This document shows, piece after piece, positions 40,078 through 49,174 of a DNA stretch of 64,000 bases; the first letter of the stretch is position 1; the number at the start of each line of letters is the position of its first letter. Made by a program: the position numbers and the translations under genes. Source of the stretch: Verrucomicrobiota bacterium (GTDB lineage Bacteria > Verrucomicrobiota > Verrucomicrobiia > Verrucomicrobiales > V1-33); NCBI GenBank assembly GCA_039795165.1, contig JBDKER010000003.1, positions 105,220-169,219 of the forward strand, given 5' to 3'. The notes below the pieces were generated by a model. The model saw nothing but the letters and a program-made list of their open reading frames with translations. It was not told the origin of the DNA and made no database searches.

Positions 40078-41328
40078 ATGACTCCTTCCAACGCTCCGGC
40101 ATCTGTCGTCCAACCCTCTGCGGTCGCCTGGGACCGCTGGGCGGTGGTCTGGGCGCTGGCGGGTCTGATTGCGCTGATTCCTGCGTATTTTGTTCCGGCG
40201 ATGCTGGTGGCCAATGCGGTGGATGGACCGCGGTGGTACTCGGTGTGGTCCGGGATCCGGGATTTCTACGGGACGGGGAATCATTTTCTGGCGCTACTGA
40301 TCTTCACTTTCAGCATGGTGTTTCCGCTCGTGAAGCTGCTGCTTTGTCTGCTGTGTGCGGCGGGTCAGCACTGGCTGCCGAGAGGGCTGCGGCATGGGAT
40401 TATTCAGGTGACGTCTTGGTCGGCCAAGTATTCGATGCTGGATGTGCTGGTGATCGCGATGGCGATCATGCTGGTGAAGGTGGGTGATTATGTGAGGATC
40501 ATGCCCTCGATGGGGATCTATCTGTTTTCCTTTGCGATTCTGTGTTCGGCGGTTTCGGGGTGGCTGCTGCAGAGGGCGCTGGCGAACGAGGCGCGCGGAT
40601 TGTGGCCGGCCGCTCCGCGCTGGGGGGTGGCTCTGCTGCTGCTGGTTCCCGGTTTGCCGCTGGCGGTGATGGGCTTGCAGGAGGTTCTGAGGGAGCGCGG
40701 GGGGCGTGTGGAATCCGTGCGGCTGACCCGGTTGACGCAGCGTGGGGAACTGAAGCGCAGTGTGGAGAAGACGCTCGCGCTGAAGGAACTGATCAAGGAG
40801 GATCACAAGCTCTTCTCGAAGGACACGCTGCGGCGCATGCTGGAGTTCAGCCAGGCCGTGAGTACCGATGCTGGCTGGCAGGAAGCGGACGTTTATGTCG
40901 CGGTGGACCGGAAGAGCGGAGGCAGTCTGGAGTCCGGCCGGATCCGGGGATTGGATTTCGAGGCGCGCGAGGTGAATGTTGATTTCACGCTGCCGTCGGC
41001 GGTGCCATGGGAAGACGTGGCGGCGGTGCGGTTGGTCTCGACGGTGAAGTATGCCGGGTTGGTGAATGCGCCGATCGAGGAGGAGAACGTGCGGGCCGAG
41101 GGGGATCCGTTCCGTGAATGGACGCGGCAGTGGCACGGCCGGGTGTTCAGTTTTGACCTGCGTGGGCCGCGCGGCGCGCAGTTTGTGCGTGCCTGTGTGA
41201 TGGCTGGGGCTGGCGTGCTACTGTCGCTCTGGGCGCTCAGCGGGCTTCTCTGTGGTGGCAGGCGCCGGCGGCCGGGGATGTCAGAGCAATCCGCGGCGCT
41301 TGAAGTCGAAAAGGTTGATGCGCTGTGA
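40078..41328 (+). CDS. PqiA-like membrane protein fused to an uncharacterised ~210-aa domain and a C-terminal TM anchor
   Basis: The N-terminal ~170 aa match a single PqiA repeat (FTFSMVFPLVKLL.., WSAKYSMLDVLVIAMAIMLVKVG). The C-terminal domain has no motif I recognise, and the protein ends with a TM segment plus RRRRP. Confidence 0.65.
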   Translation: MTPSNAPASVVQPSAVAWDRWAVVWALAGLIALIPAYFVPAMLVANAVDGPRWYSVWSGIRDFYGTGNHFLALLIFTFSMVFPLVKLLLCLLCAAGQHWLPRGLRHGIIQVTSWSAKYSMLDVLVIAMAIMLVKVGDYVRIMPSMGIYLFSFAILCSAVSGWLLQRALANEARGLWPAAPRWGVALLLLVPGLPLAVMGLQEVLRERGGRVESVRLTRLTQRGELKRSVEKTLALKELIKEDHKLFSKDTLRRMLEFSQAVSTDAGWQEADVYVAVDRKSGGSLESGRIRGLDFEAREVNVDFTLPSAVPWEDVAAVRLVSTVKYAGLVNAPIEEENVRAEGDPFREWTRQWHGRVFSFDLRGPRGAQFVRACVMAGAGVLLSLWALSGLLCGGRRRRPGMSEQSAALEVEKVDAL

Positions 41329-41805
41329 TTTCTGGATCATTTCGATGGTGAAGCGGAGCAGGCTGATTTCCCATGTGTCATCGACTCCCTGAATGACGGC
41401 GACGAGGGGATTTCCGGAGGAGCGGGCTTCAGCGATGACGCGGTCGCTGACGGCGGCGAGGGAATCGTGCACGAGGCTTTCGGTGACATCGCTTTTGCGG
41501 AAGCTGAAGCCGTAGCGGAGGAGGGCGGAGCTTTCGAGGCGTTCCTTGAGCCATTCTGCGAAGGCCCGGGCGGGTTCACCGAATCCTTCGAAGTCGAGTT
41601 CACCGAAGGGTTCTGGTTTGAGGATGCGGGGTTTTTCCGCAGTGATGCGGCCGCTGCGGACTCTGATTTGTCCGACGTCGTCCATGAGTTCCGAGATGAG
41701 GCGGAATTCGAAGCTGGTGGATCCGAAGGTATCGATGCGCCGGTCCGGTTCGTGCAGTACCTCGGTGGTTTCGAGGGCGTACTGAATATCGTCGTCGGAA
41801 TACAT
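41281..41805 (-). CDS. hypothetical cytoplasmic protein (acidic, 174 aa)
   Basis: Protein-like composition and a clean ATG start, but no family I recognise. Its 3-prime end overlaps the convergent PqiA-like gene by 48 nt. Confidence 0.55.
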   Translation of the reverse strand: MYSDDDIQYALETTEVLHEPDRRIDTFGSTSFEFRLISELMDDVGQIRVRSGRITAEKPRILKPEPFGELDFEGFGEPARAFAEWLKERLESSALLRYGFSFRKSDVTESLVHDSLAAVSDRVIAEARSSGNPLVAVIQGVDDTWEISLLRFTIEMIQKSQRINLFDFKRRGLL

Positions 41806-41922
41806 CCGGGGACATTGGCGCGGTCCGTGCGGACGTCATCCGGCAATTTGGCGGCTGAGGTTGGCTATTTCCGGATTTCCGGTGGCGCGGGGGGTAGTGG
41901 TGGTGTTGTGATCGCGCCTTTC

Positions 41923-42576
41923 ATGAAGGCGCATCTCCCGAATCATCCGACGCAGCTGTATCTGATCCGGCATGGAGAAGTTGAGGACCGCTATCACCGG
42001 GTTTTCGGGGGATCGCAGATTGACATGGGTTTGTCGGCGGTGGGGCGGGCTCAGGGGGAAGCGGTGGAGCGCTGGATGGATGGGGTGGCGCTGGATGCGG
42101 TTTACATGAGTCCGATGCGGCGTGTGAGGGAGACCGTGGAGCCGCTGCTGCGGAGGACGGGGCTGGATCCGGTGGTGCTGCCGGATCTCCGGGAGGTGGA
42201 TTTCGGTGGATGGACGGGATTGCGCTGGGAGGAAGTGCAGGAGAAGTTCGGGGTGAGTGCCTTTGACTGGCTGGAGGTGCTGGATGGGAGTGGCATTCCC
42301 GGCGGGGAATCGGCCGCGGCGCTGGTGGAGCGGGTGGGGCCGTGTCTGCTCAAAATCCTCGCGGAGAATCCGCATCGGCGTGTCGCGGTGGCCTGTCACG
42401 GGGGCATCATCCGGGTGATTCTGGCGATGCTGCTGGGGCAGCGGCTGGCGAACATGGCGCACTTCCACATTGAGTATGGCTCGGTGACAGTGGTGGAGCG
42501 TCAGCCCGAGAAGAAGCACGCAGTGGAGATCGAACTTCTCAATTTCTGTCCACTCCGGGATAATCGGATGGTGTAG
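41923..42576 (+). CDS. histidine phosphatase family protein (phosphoglycerate mutase-like)
   Basis: The internal ATG at 41923 is used; the first ~150 codons of the track ORF are antisense to the previous gene. Catalytic LIRHGE motif, then SPMRRVRET and a late CHGG. Confidence 0.85.
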   Translation: MKAHLPNHPTQLYLIRHGEVEDRYHRVFGGSQIDMGLSAVGRAQGEAVERWMDGVALDAVYMSPMRRVRETVEPLLRRTGLDPVVLPDLREVDFGGWTGLRWEEVQEKFGVSAFDWLEVLDGSGIPGGESAAALVERVGPCLLKILAENPHRRVAVACHGGIIRVILAMLLGQRLANMAHFHIEYGSVTVVERQPEKKHAVEIELLNFCPLRDNRMV

Positions 42577-42605
42577 GCAGGTCTGCTCTTCCCGAGCGGG
42601 GACTC

Positions 42606-43517
42606 TTACGGTATGCGGCTGCCGCGGGCGGCTTCGGTGAGGGCGTACCAGTCTTCGCGTTCGAGTGTCATGGCGGCTCCGCGGGCAAACTGTGCGAGGC
42701 GGTCGGCCCTTGTGGTGCCGCTGATGACCTGCGGTGATGACGGGTGGCTGAGGATCCATGCGCAGCAGAGTTGGTCGGCAGTGGCTCCTCCGTATTTTGC
42801 GGAGAGCGATGCTGCTGTGTCGCGGAAGCGTCTGGCGGCTTCGTCATCTTCCTTGAAGAGGCGTCCGCCGCCGGTGGGAGACCATGCCATCGGTCGGATG
42901 CCGCGGGCGAAGCACTGGTCGAGAGAGCCGTCGAAGATTGGGTCGCAGTGGAACGGGCTGAATTCGATCTGGTTAGTGACGAGTGGCTGGTCCATGAAGC
43001 GGCTCAGGGCATCGAACTGGGAAGGAGTGTAATTGGAAACGCCGACCGAGCGGGCCTTGCCCGACTGGAGGAGCTGATTGAGCCCGGCGGCGGTGTCTTC
43101 CGGGTGGGTGAACCAGTCGGGTCGGTGGACGAGGAAGAGGTCGAGGGTTTCGAGGCCGAGGAAGCGCAGGGATTTCTCGGCGCTGCGGACGAGCCGGCTG
43201 GCGCTGGTGTTGTAGAAGGAAGTGCGGCGTTCCGGGTGGAATTCGCAGGGAGCGTAGATGCCGGCCTTGGTGATGAATTCGAAACGGGTGCGGAGGGAAG
43301 GGTCGTGCTGGAGGGCGTCGCCGATGCGTTCTTCGACCCGGTAGGTTCCGTAGATTTCGGCGGTGTCGATGGTTGTGATGCCGGCATCGAGGCAGGTGTG
43401 CAGCAGTGAGAGGAGATCGCTGGCGGAGGCTTCCGTGCCGTGGCGGATGAGGCGCCATGTACCGAAGGCGATGGCGGAGAATTCGGGCGAACCGGGAGCG
43501 AGGCGGAATCGTTGCAT
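42606..43517 (-). CDS. aldo/keto reductase family oxidoreductase
   Basis: The internal ATG at 43517 gives MQRFRLAPG. AKR motifs FGTWRL, IDTAEIYG, LFLVHRPD and GVSNY. Confidence 0.88.
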   Translation of the reverse strand: MQRFRLAPGSPEFSAIAFGTWRLIRHGTEASASDLLSLLHTCLDAGITTIDTAEIYGTYRVEERIGDALQHDPSLRTRFEFITKAGIYAPCEFHPERRTSFYNTSASRLVRSAEKSLRFLGLETLDLFLVHRPDWFTHPEDTAAGLNQLLQSGKARSVGVSNYTPSQFDALSRFMDQPLVTNQIEFSPFHCDPIFDGSLDQCFARGIRPMAWSPTGGGRLFKEDDEAARRFRDTAASLSAKYGGATADQLCCAWILSHPSSPQVISGTTRADRLAQFARGAAMTLEREDWYALTEAARGSRIP

Positions 43518-43527
43518 GGGTGGCTGA

Positions 43528-43842
43528 TCAGCGGGGCAGGTTTCTGGCGAGTGAACGGGTGCCTGAGACCGGATGGGTGAGGAGGGCGGGCCAGACCGGA
43601 TGACCGGATCGGCGGACCTGGATGGGATCACCGGGCCGCCAGCGCAGCGAGGCGCTTTGTCCGGCGGGTTGGACGAGCCAGCGGCTGCCGTCGGCGAGGT
43701 CGATCCGTCCGTCTGGGAATTGCCCGCGCAGGGGGATTCCGGACGGAGAATTCATGGGCAGGGGACGGCTTTGCTGGCAGGAGGAAAGGACGAGCGCGGT
43801 GGCGGCCAGAGCCCGCAGGATTTTTGTGGAGCGCATGGGCAT
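43528..43842 (-). CDS. small putative lipoprotein
   Basis: 104 aa with a lipobox-like LVLSSC after a basic N-terminus. It is wedged between the SDR gene (6-nt gap) and the AKR gene (10-nt gap) on the same strand. Confidence 0.5.
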   Translation of the reverse strand: MPMRSTKILRALAATALVLSSCQQSRPLPMNSPSGIPLRGQFPDGRIDLADGSRWLVQPAGQSASLRWRPGDPIQVRRSGHPVWPALLTHPVSGTRSLARNLPR

Positions 43843-43848
43843 GGCCGT

Positions 43849-44625
43849 TCAGATGGTCATGGCACTGTATCCGCCATCGACCACGAGTTCGGAGCCGGTG
43901 ATGAAGCTGCCGGCCTGATCCGAGGCGAGGAGGAGAGTGGCTCCGGCCAGTTCCCCTGCGCTTCCGAAGCGCTGCATGGGAGTGTGGCGCAGGATGCTTT
44001 CGACGCGTTCCGGATTGAGGACTTTGCGGTTTTGTTCGGCGGGGAAGAAGCCTGGCACGAGGGTGTTGACCCGGATGCCGTGCGGGGCCCATTCGCGGGC
44101 GAGGTTGCGGCTGAGGTTATGGACAGCGGCCTTGGTCATGGAATAGGTGAAGACCCGGCTGAGGGGGAGGAGACCGCTCATGCTGCCGACATTGATGATG
44201 GAGGCGCGGATCTGGTTTTCCAGGAAGTACCTGCCGAAGATCTGGCAGGCCATGAAGACCGCGGTCGTATTGATGCGGAAAAGCCGTTCGTATTCTTCGT
44301 CGGTGATCTCCAGGAACGGGGTTGGGGAATTTGCACCGGCTCCATTGATGAGGATATCGATCTTGCCGTGGGCAGCGAGGGTGGTGGCGAGCAGTTCCGA
44401 GAGGCTGCCGCGTTCGGCAGCTTCGACCGGGATGAAGGATCCGTGGCCGCCCGAACTTCTGATCCTCGTCAGCCGGGCCTCGGCCTTTTCCGCGCTGCGT
44501 CCTGCGAGAACGGCGTGGGCTCCCGATGCGGCCAGGGCTTCGGCCATGGCTCCGCAGAGTTCGCCGGTGCCGCCGATGATGACCGCCGTCTTTCCGCTGA
44601 GATCAAAGAGGCTGGCTGGCTGCAT
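43849..44625 (-). CDS. short-chain dehydrogenase/reductase (SDR) family oxidoreductase
   Basis: The internal ATG at 44625 gives [29 protein letters not shown] and Y-x3-K (YSMTKAA) motifs are present. Confidence 0.88.
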   Translation of the reverse strand: MQPASLFDLSGKTAVIIGGTGELCGAMAEALAASGAHAVLAGRSAEKAEARLTRIRSSGGHGSFIPVEAAERGSLSELLATTLAAHGKIDILINGAGANSPTPFLEITDEEYERLFRINTTAVFMACQIFGRYFLENQIRASIINVGSMSGLLPLSRVFTYSMTKAAVHNLSRNLAREWAPHGIRVNTLVPGFFPAEQNRKVLNPERVESILRHTPMQRFGSAGELAGATLLLASDQAGSFITGSELVVDGGYSAMTI

Positions 44626-44972
44626 CTGTGCAGTCAAGGCATCCGCGCCGGGTGCGCGCAAACGCGAAATGGAGTGGAATCTGTCAGGCAAAAAAAATGT
44701 TGCCAAGCAGGCGCGGTGCGGGCACTCTGCGGCATAAGTTTCCTCTGACGGCTGAATCCACCCTGTGGTCAGCCGGGCGTTTCCGGGAGCCGGGACTTCA
44801 GAAACTGTCCAGCTTCCGATGCGCCGGAGACATTGCCCCTGACGGGTTTCCTCCCGGGCGGATGGCTGCATCTGAATCTCCCCGTACATCTGGGCGGCGG
44901 ATGCCTGTCATTCTCCGGAACCGCAAGTTGGCCCTCTTCTTCATTTCCCCATTTCTCATTACCCCAGCAACC

Positions 44973-45725
44973 ATGGCCGGACACAATAAGTGGTCGAAGG
45001 TTAAGCACATCAAAGAGCGTGTCGACGCGAAGAAGGGCAAGGTCTTCTCGAAGATCTCGCGGGAAGTCACCATGGCGGCCCGCCTTGGTGGCCGGGATCC
45101 CGAGTTGAATCCCCGTCTGCGCACAGCCCTGCTCGCGGCGCGGGCGGCCAACATGCCTAACGACAACATTGACCGTGCCATTCGCAAGGGACTGGGGGAG
45201 CTGGAGGGGGCGATTCCGGAAGAAATCACCTATGAAGGCTACGGGCCCGGAGGGGTGGCGATGCTGGTGGAGTGCGTGACGGACAACAAGAACCGGTCAT
45301 CGGCCGATGTGCGTTCCGCCTTCAATAAGGGTGGTGGCACGATGGGAAGTGCCGGCAGCGTCGCGCATTTGTTTCTGCGGGTTGGGGAAATCCGGCTTCC
45401 CGTCGAAGCGGCGGGAGAGGATGAGGTCATGGAAGTGGCGCTTGAGGCTGGAGCCGACGACATTCAGACGGATGAGGGCGAGCACCTCGTGGTGACGGCT
45501 CCCGACAAACTGTACTCGGTGGCGGGACAACTGCGGGCCAGGGGGTGGCAAGCTACGTCGATCCGTCTCAATTACCAGCCGTCCGTGGCTGCGCCCGTCA
45601 CGGACGTGGCTGTGGCGCGGCAGATTCTGAAGCTGCTCGATTCCCTCGATGACCTTGATGACGCGCAGAACGTTTACGCGAACTTTGAATTTTCCGACGA
45701 AGTGGCGGCGCAGCTTGATGAATGA
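44973..45725 (+). CDS. YebC/PmpR family DNA-binding transcriptional regulator
   Basis: The internal ATG at 44973 gives the family-defining N-terminus MAGHNKWSKVKHIK. About 250 aa. Confidence 0.93.
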   Translation: MAGHNKWSKVKHIKERVDAKKGKVFSKISREVTMAARLGGRDPELNPRLRTALLAARAANMPNDNIDRAIRKGLGELEGAIPEEITYEGYGPGGVAMLVECVTDNKNRSSADVRSAFNKGGGTMGSAGSVAHLFLRVGEIRLPVEAAGEDEVMEVALEAGADDIQTDEGEHLVVTAPDKLYSVAGQLRARGWQATSIRLNYQPSVAAPVTDVAVARQILKLLDSLDDLDDAQNVYANFEFSDEVAAQLDE

Positions 45726-45764
45726 CGCCGGCTTCCTCGATCAACCCATTCCCTGACTGATCTC

Positions 45765-47780
45765 ATGACCGATTCCGAATTGGATTCCCCGGAGCCTGTG
45801 GTTCCTGCCCGCAAGCGAACGGCGGCGAAGAAAGTGTCTGCCCGCAAGGCTGTGGCGAAGAAGGTGCTGCCTGCTGCGGAGGTGGTGCCTGCCATCGAGG
45901 TGGCTGCGCCGGTGCGGAAGGTGGCGCGGAAGGCAGCGGCGAAGAAGAAGATCACGCCGGAAGTTCGGGAGCCTGAGCTGCCTGCGGCGCTTGCGGTGAA
46001 GGAGGCTGTGGAAGTTCCGGTGCCTGTGAGGAAGAAGGTGGTCCGGCGGGTGGCGGCGAAGAAGGCAGTGGTGTCAGCGGAGGATGCCCCGGCGGAAGCT
46101 GCTGCGCCCGAGCCTCTGGTGATTCCGGTGAGGGTTCCGGCGGCGCCCGCCGAACCGGTCGCCGCCGCAACGGTTTTGGAGGAGCCGGCGGAGGCTGTGC
46201 CTGCGGCCGGGGAAAGTTTTGGCGGTCAGCCGCCGCGTGATCGGCGGGAGCCGGGGTTTGCTCCTACTGGCCGGGGTCGTCCGGGACGTTCCGGCAATCG
46301 TGATGCCCGTGCCCCGGCAAGAGGGGCGGAGCGGGACCGGGACGGCCAAGGCCGATCCGACCGCCGGGGTGAAGGTCGAGGCCACGATGGGCGGCGTCCG
46401 GCGATGCCCCGGATGCCGGAGGGTGACGAAGCGCCGGGGGAAACCGGTGGGCCTTCTCCTGCAGGCGCTGGTGCCGACCCGTCCCGCCGGCTCACGAAAT
46501 GGGAACGGTGGAAACAGCGGAAGGAGAAGTTCCGGCTTCTCAAGCAGCAGCGTTACCTTGACCGGCAGGCGCAGATGCCGCCGGGAGGTCAGCCGCAGGA
46601 TGGGCCAGTGGGCACAGCGGGACCGGATCGTGGTCCGCGCCCTGAACCGGTGCTCGGTCCCCCGGAGGACTGCAGCGGGATTCTCGAGATTTCACCGGGC
46701 AAGGAATTTGGTTTTCTGCGGCCCCGGGAGCGCGGCTTTCAGCCGATGCCTTCGGATGCCTTCGTCAGTCCTGAACTGGTGCGCGAGCATGGTCTGCGCG
46801 AAGGGGTTTGGATTGACGGAGTGATGCGCCGCGGCGGGAGGGGGCCGCAGATTGTCGAAATCCGGACGGTTAATGGCCGCGCTCCCGATGTCTACCGGAC
46901 GCTGCCTCTGTTCGAAGAACTGACGGCGATTAATCCGAACAAGCGCTACCTCCTGGAGACTGTTCCGGGAAGGCATACGACCAGGCTCATCGACTTCATT
47001 GCGCCGGTCGGGCGCGGGCAGCGCGGGCTCATCGTGGCCCCGCCGAGGGCGGGCAAGACGACCATTCTGCAGCACATCGCGGAAGCAGTGCAGGAAAACT
47101 ACGAGGACACCAAGCTGATGGTGCTGCTTGTTGATGAGCGGCCCGAGGAAGTCACTGAGATCGCGAGGGCTTTGCCCCGTGCCGAGGTCATGGCCAGCAA
47201 CAACGACCGGGATCCGCGCGAGCACATCCGCATTGCGCACCTCGCGATTGAGCGTGCCAAGCGGCTTGTCGAGGCCGGCGAGCATGTCTTCATGCTGCTG
47301 GATTCCATCACCCGGCTGGCGCGGGCCTTCAATAATGCGATGCGTGGTCATGGCAGCGGCAAGGGAAGTCTTTCAGGCGGAGTGGATGCCCGGGCGCTCG
47401 AGGGTGCGCGGCGTCTCTTTGCGTCGGCACGCAACACGCGTGAGGCTGGGTCGCTCACGATTGTGGCGACGGCGCTGGTCGAGACCAACAGCCGGGCGGA
47501 TGAACTGATTTTTCAGGAGTTCAAGGGTACCGGCAACATGGAACTGGTACTCGACCGGAGGATCGCGCAGCAGTATATATACCCGGCGGTGGATATCTTC
47601 AAAAGCGGAACCCGCCGGGAGGAACTGCTGCTGCCGCCGCATCAGATGGAGAAAATCCATCTGATCCGTCGCGGACTGGCGGGTCACAAGCCCGTCGAAG
47701 CGGCCGAGCGCCTGATTCATTTCATGAACAAGTTTCCGAGCAATGCCCAGATGCTCATCGAGATCAAATCCCGTGAGTGA
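45765..47780 (+). CDS. rho: transcription termination factor Rho with a ~300-aa N-terminal low-complexity extension
   Basis: Core motifs FGFLRP, Walker A APPRAGKTTILQ, and LLVDERPEEV..LLDSITRLARA..GSLT. The N-terminal 303 aa are K/A/P/V-rich and then R/G/D-rich. Confidence 0.93.
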   Translation: MTDSELDSPEPVVPARKRTAAKKVSARKAVAKKVLPAAEVVPAIEVAAPVRKVARKAAAKKKITPEVREPELPAALAVKEAVEVPVPVRKKVVRRVAAKKAVVSAEDAPAEAAAPEPLVIPVRVPAAPAEPVAAATVLEEPAEAVPAAGESFGGQPPRDRREPGFAPTGRGRPGRSGNRDARAPARGAERDRDGQGRSDRRGEGRGHDGRRPAMPRMPEGDEAPGETGGPSPAGAGADPSRRLTKWERWKQRKEKFRLLKQQRYLDRQAQMPPGGQPQDGPVGTAGPDRGPRPEPVLGPPEDCSGILEISPGKEFGFLRPRERGFQPMPSDAFVSPELVREHGLREGVWIDGVMRRGGRGPQIVEIRTVNGRAPDVYRTLPLFEELTAINPNKRYLLETVPGRHTTRLIDFIAPVGRGQRGLIVAPPRAGKTTILQHIAEAVQENYEDTKLMVLLVDERPEEVTEIARALPRAEVMASNNDRDPREHIRIAHLAIERAKRLVEAGEHVFMLLDSITRLARAFNNAMRGHGSGKGSLSGGVDARALEGARRLFASARNTREAGSLTIVATALVETNSRADELIFQEFKGTGNMELVLDRRIAQQYIYPAVDIFKSGTRREELLLPPHQMEKIHLIRRGLAGHKPVEAAERLIHFMNKFPSNAQMLIEIKSRE

Positions 47781-47897
47781 CCCTTCCGGGTTGGGAAAGG
47801 CATCCCCGAAAAAAGAGCCTCCCCGAAAAAAGAACCGAAATTCAGTTGAAACCTTAACACAACCCGTCAATACAACCCCCGCCAAAACCTGGTAAAT

Positions 47898-48446
47898 ATG
47901 AACAAAACCACCATCTCCATCTTTGCTGCCGCAGCTTGCGGCCTCGCTACCGCAACAGCCGGTACCCCGTCCCTTGGCAAGGCTCCGGCCAAAGGCCCGG
48001 TGCCCGACCTTAAGGTTCCGGGCGTGTGCGACTGCTTCAATGCCGGTTCTTCCTCCGTGAGCGTCTATGCTTCCGGCCTTCTCCCGAACGGGGGTGGCGA
48101 GCTTGACGACGCCTTCGGCGGCGGTCTTGCCTACGACTACTTCTTCACGCCGAATGTCGGTTTCATGGTCGATGCGACTTGGTCGGCTACGGACAGCGTG
48201 ACTCACCTCTTCACGGGAAGCCTCGTGCTCCGTGCCCCGATCAGCAGCCTCTGCCTCGCTCCTTATGTGTTTGGCGGTGGCGGTTACCACACCAATGGCG
48301 AAAACCAGGACGTGTGGCATGCTGGCGGCGGTCTTGACTACCGCGTGAGCAACTGCTGGGGTCTCTTCGCTGACGCCCGTTACACATGGGCGTCCGACAC
48401 GCAGGACTACACCGTCGTCCGCGCCGGTGTCCGCTTCGGCTTCTGA
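47898..48446 (+). CDS. small outer-membrane beta-barrel protein (OmpW/OmpA-barrel-like)
   Basis: 182 aa with a signal peptide, alternating beta-strand pattern, glycine-rich turns and a C-terminal VRAGVRFGF ending in Phe. Confidence 0.7.
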   Translation: MNKTTISIFAAAACGLATATAGTPSLGKAPAKGPVPDLKVPGVCDCFNAGSSSVSVYASGLLPNGGGELDDAFGGGLAYDYFFTPNVGFMVDATWSATDSVTHLFTGSLVLRAPISSLCLAPYVFGGGGYHTNGENQDVWHAGGGLDYRVSNCWGLFADARYTWASDTQDYTVVRAGVRFGF

Positions 48447-48476
48447 TCCACAGGATTCAGCAACGCTGATCTCTTA

Positions 48477-48510
48477 CGAGCCGGCTCCTTTCGGGGAGCC
48501 GGCTCTCTTG
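48477..48510 (+). terminator. intrinsic terminator after the OM barrel gene
   Basis: Perfect 11-bp stem GAGCCGGCTCC / GGAGCCGGCTC with a 6-nt loop, followed by TCTTGTCTG. Confidence 0.75.
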
Positions 48511-48607
48511 TCTGCATGCTACGCGGATGCGTAGGCTGGTGGTCTTCCCCTTGTCCGAAGGCGTGTGCGAACTTGATAGTCTAACCACCACCAACCAACG
48601 ACGACAT

Positions 48608-49054
48608 ATGGGCATGTTCTCCAACTTCATGGGACGGATTTTCGGCAAGAAAGAGTCAGAGGAAACTCCGCAGGCGGCTCCGGCGGCATCGGCTGCTGTG
48701 GCTGATGAGGTTTCCGCTGGCGAGGTGGTGACGGAGGTGGCGAAGGTGGCATCGAAGGCAGCGGTCGCTGCGGAGGAAGTGGTGCTGGCGCGTGATTTCG
48801 ATGTGACGGCCTATCTTGATGGTCTGACGAAGGCTTCGAAGGAGAAAGGGCTGGATTGGAGGAAATCGATTGTGGACATGATGAAGCTGGTGGGCATTGA
48901 CAGCAGTCTGTCGTCCCGGCGCGAACTCGCGGAGGAACTGGGTTATCAGGGAGACATGAAGGATTCCGCGAAGATGAACATCTGGCTGCACCGGGAAATG
49001 CTGCAGCGCATCGCGGCGAACGGCGGGCAGCTTCCGGCCGATCTCCTGGATTGA
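48608..49054 (+). CDS. DUF3597 domain protein
   Basis: The internal ATG at 48608 gives MGMFSNFMGRIFG. The C-terminus LDWRKSIVDMMKLVGIDSSLSSRRELAEELGY..MNIWLHREML matches my memory of the DUF3597 family. Confidence 0.7.
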   Translation: MGMFSNFMGRIFGKKESEETPQAAPAASAAVADEVSAGEVVTEVAKVASKAAVAAEEVVLARDFDVTAYLDGLTKASKEKGLDWRKSIVDMMKLVGIDSSLSSRRELAEELGYQGDMKDSAKMNIWLHREMLQRIAANGGQLPADLLD

Positions 49055-49174
49055 CGGGGATTTGGCGGCCGAGCGGGTGCGGTGCGGGCTTGGTGTGCCC
49101 ATTGGCATCGTTTTCCCCGGCGGTGGCGGCGAGGCGCATCTTGCATTGGCGCTGGCAGCGGTTAAGCACAGGCG

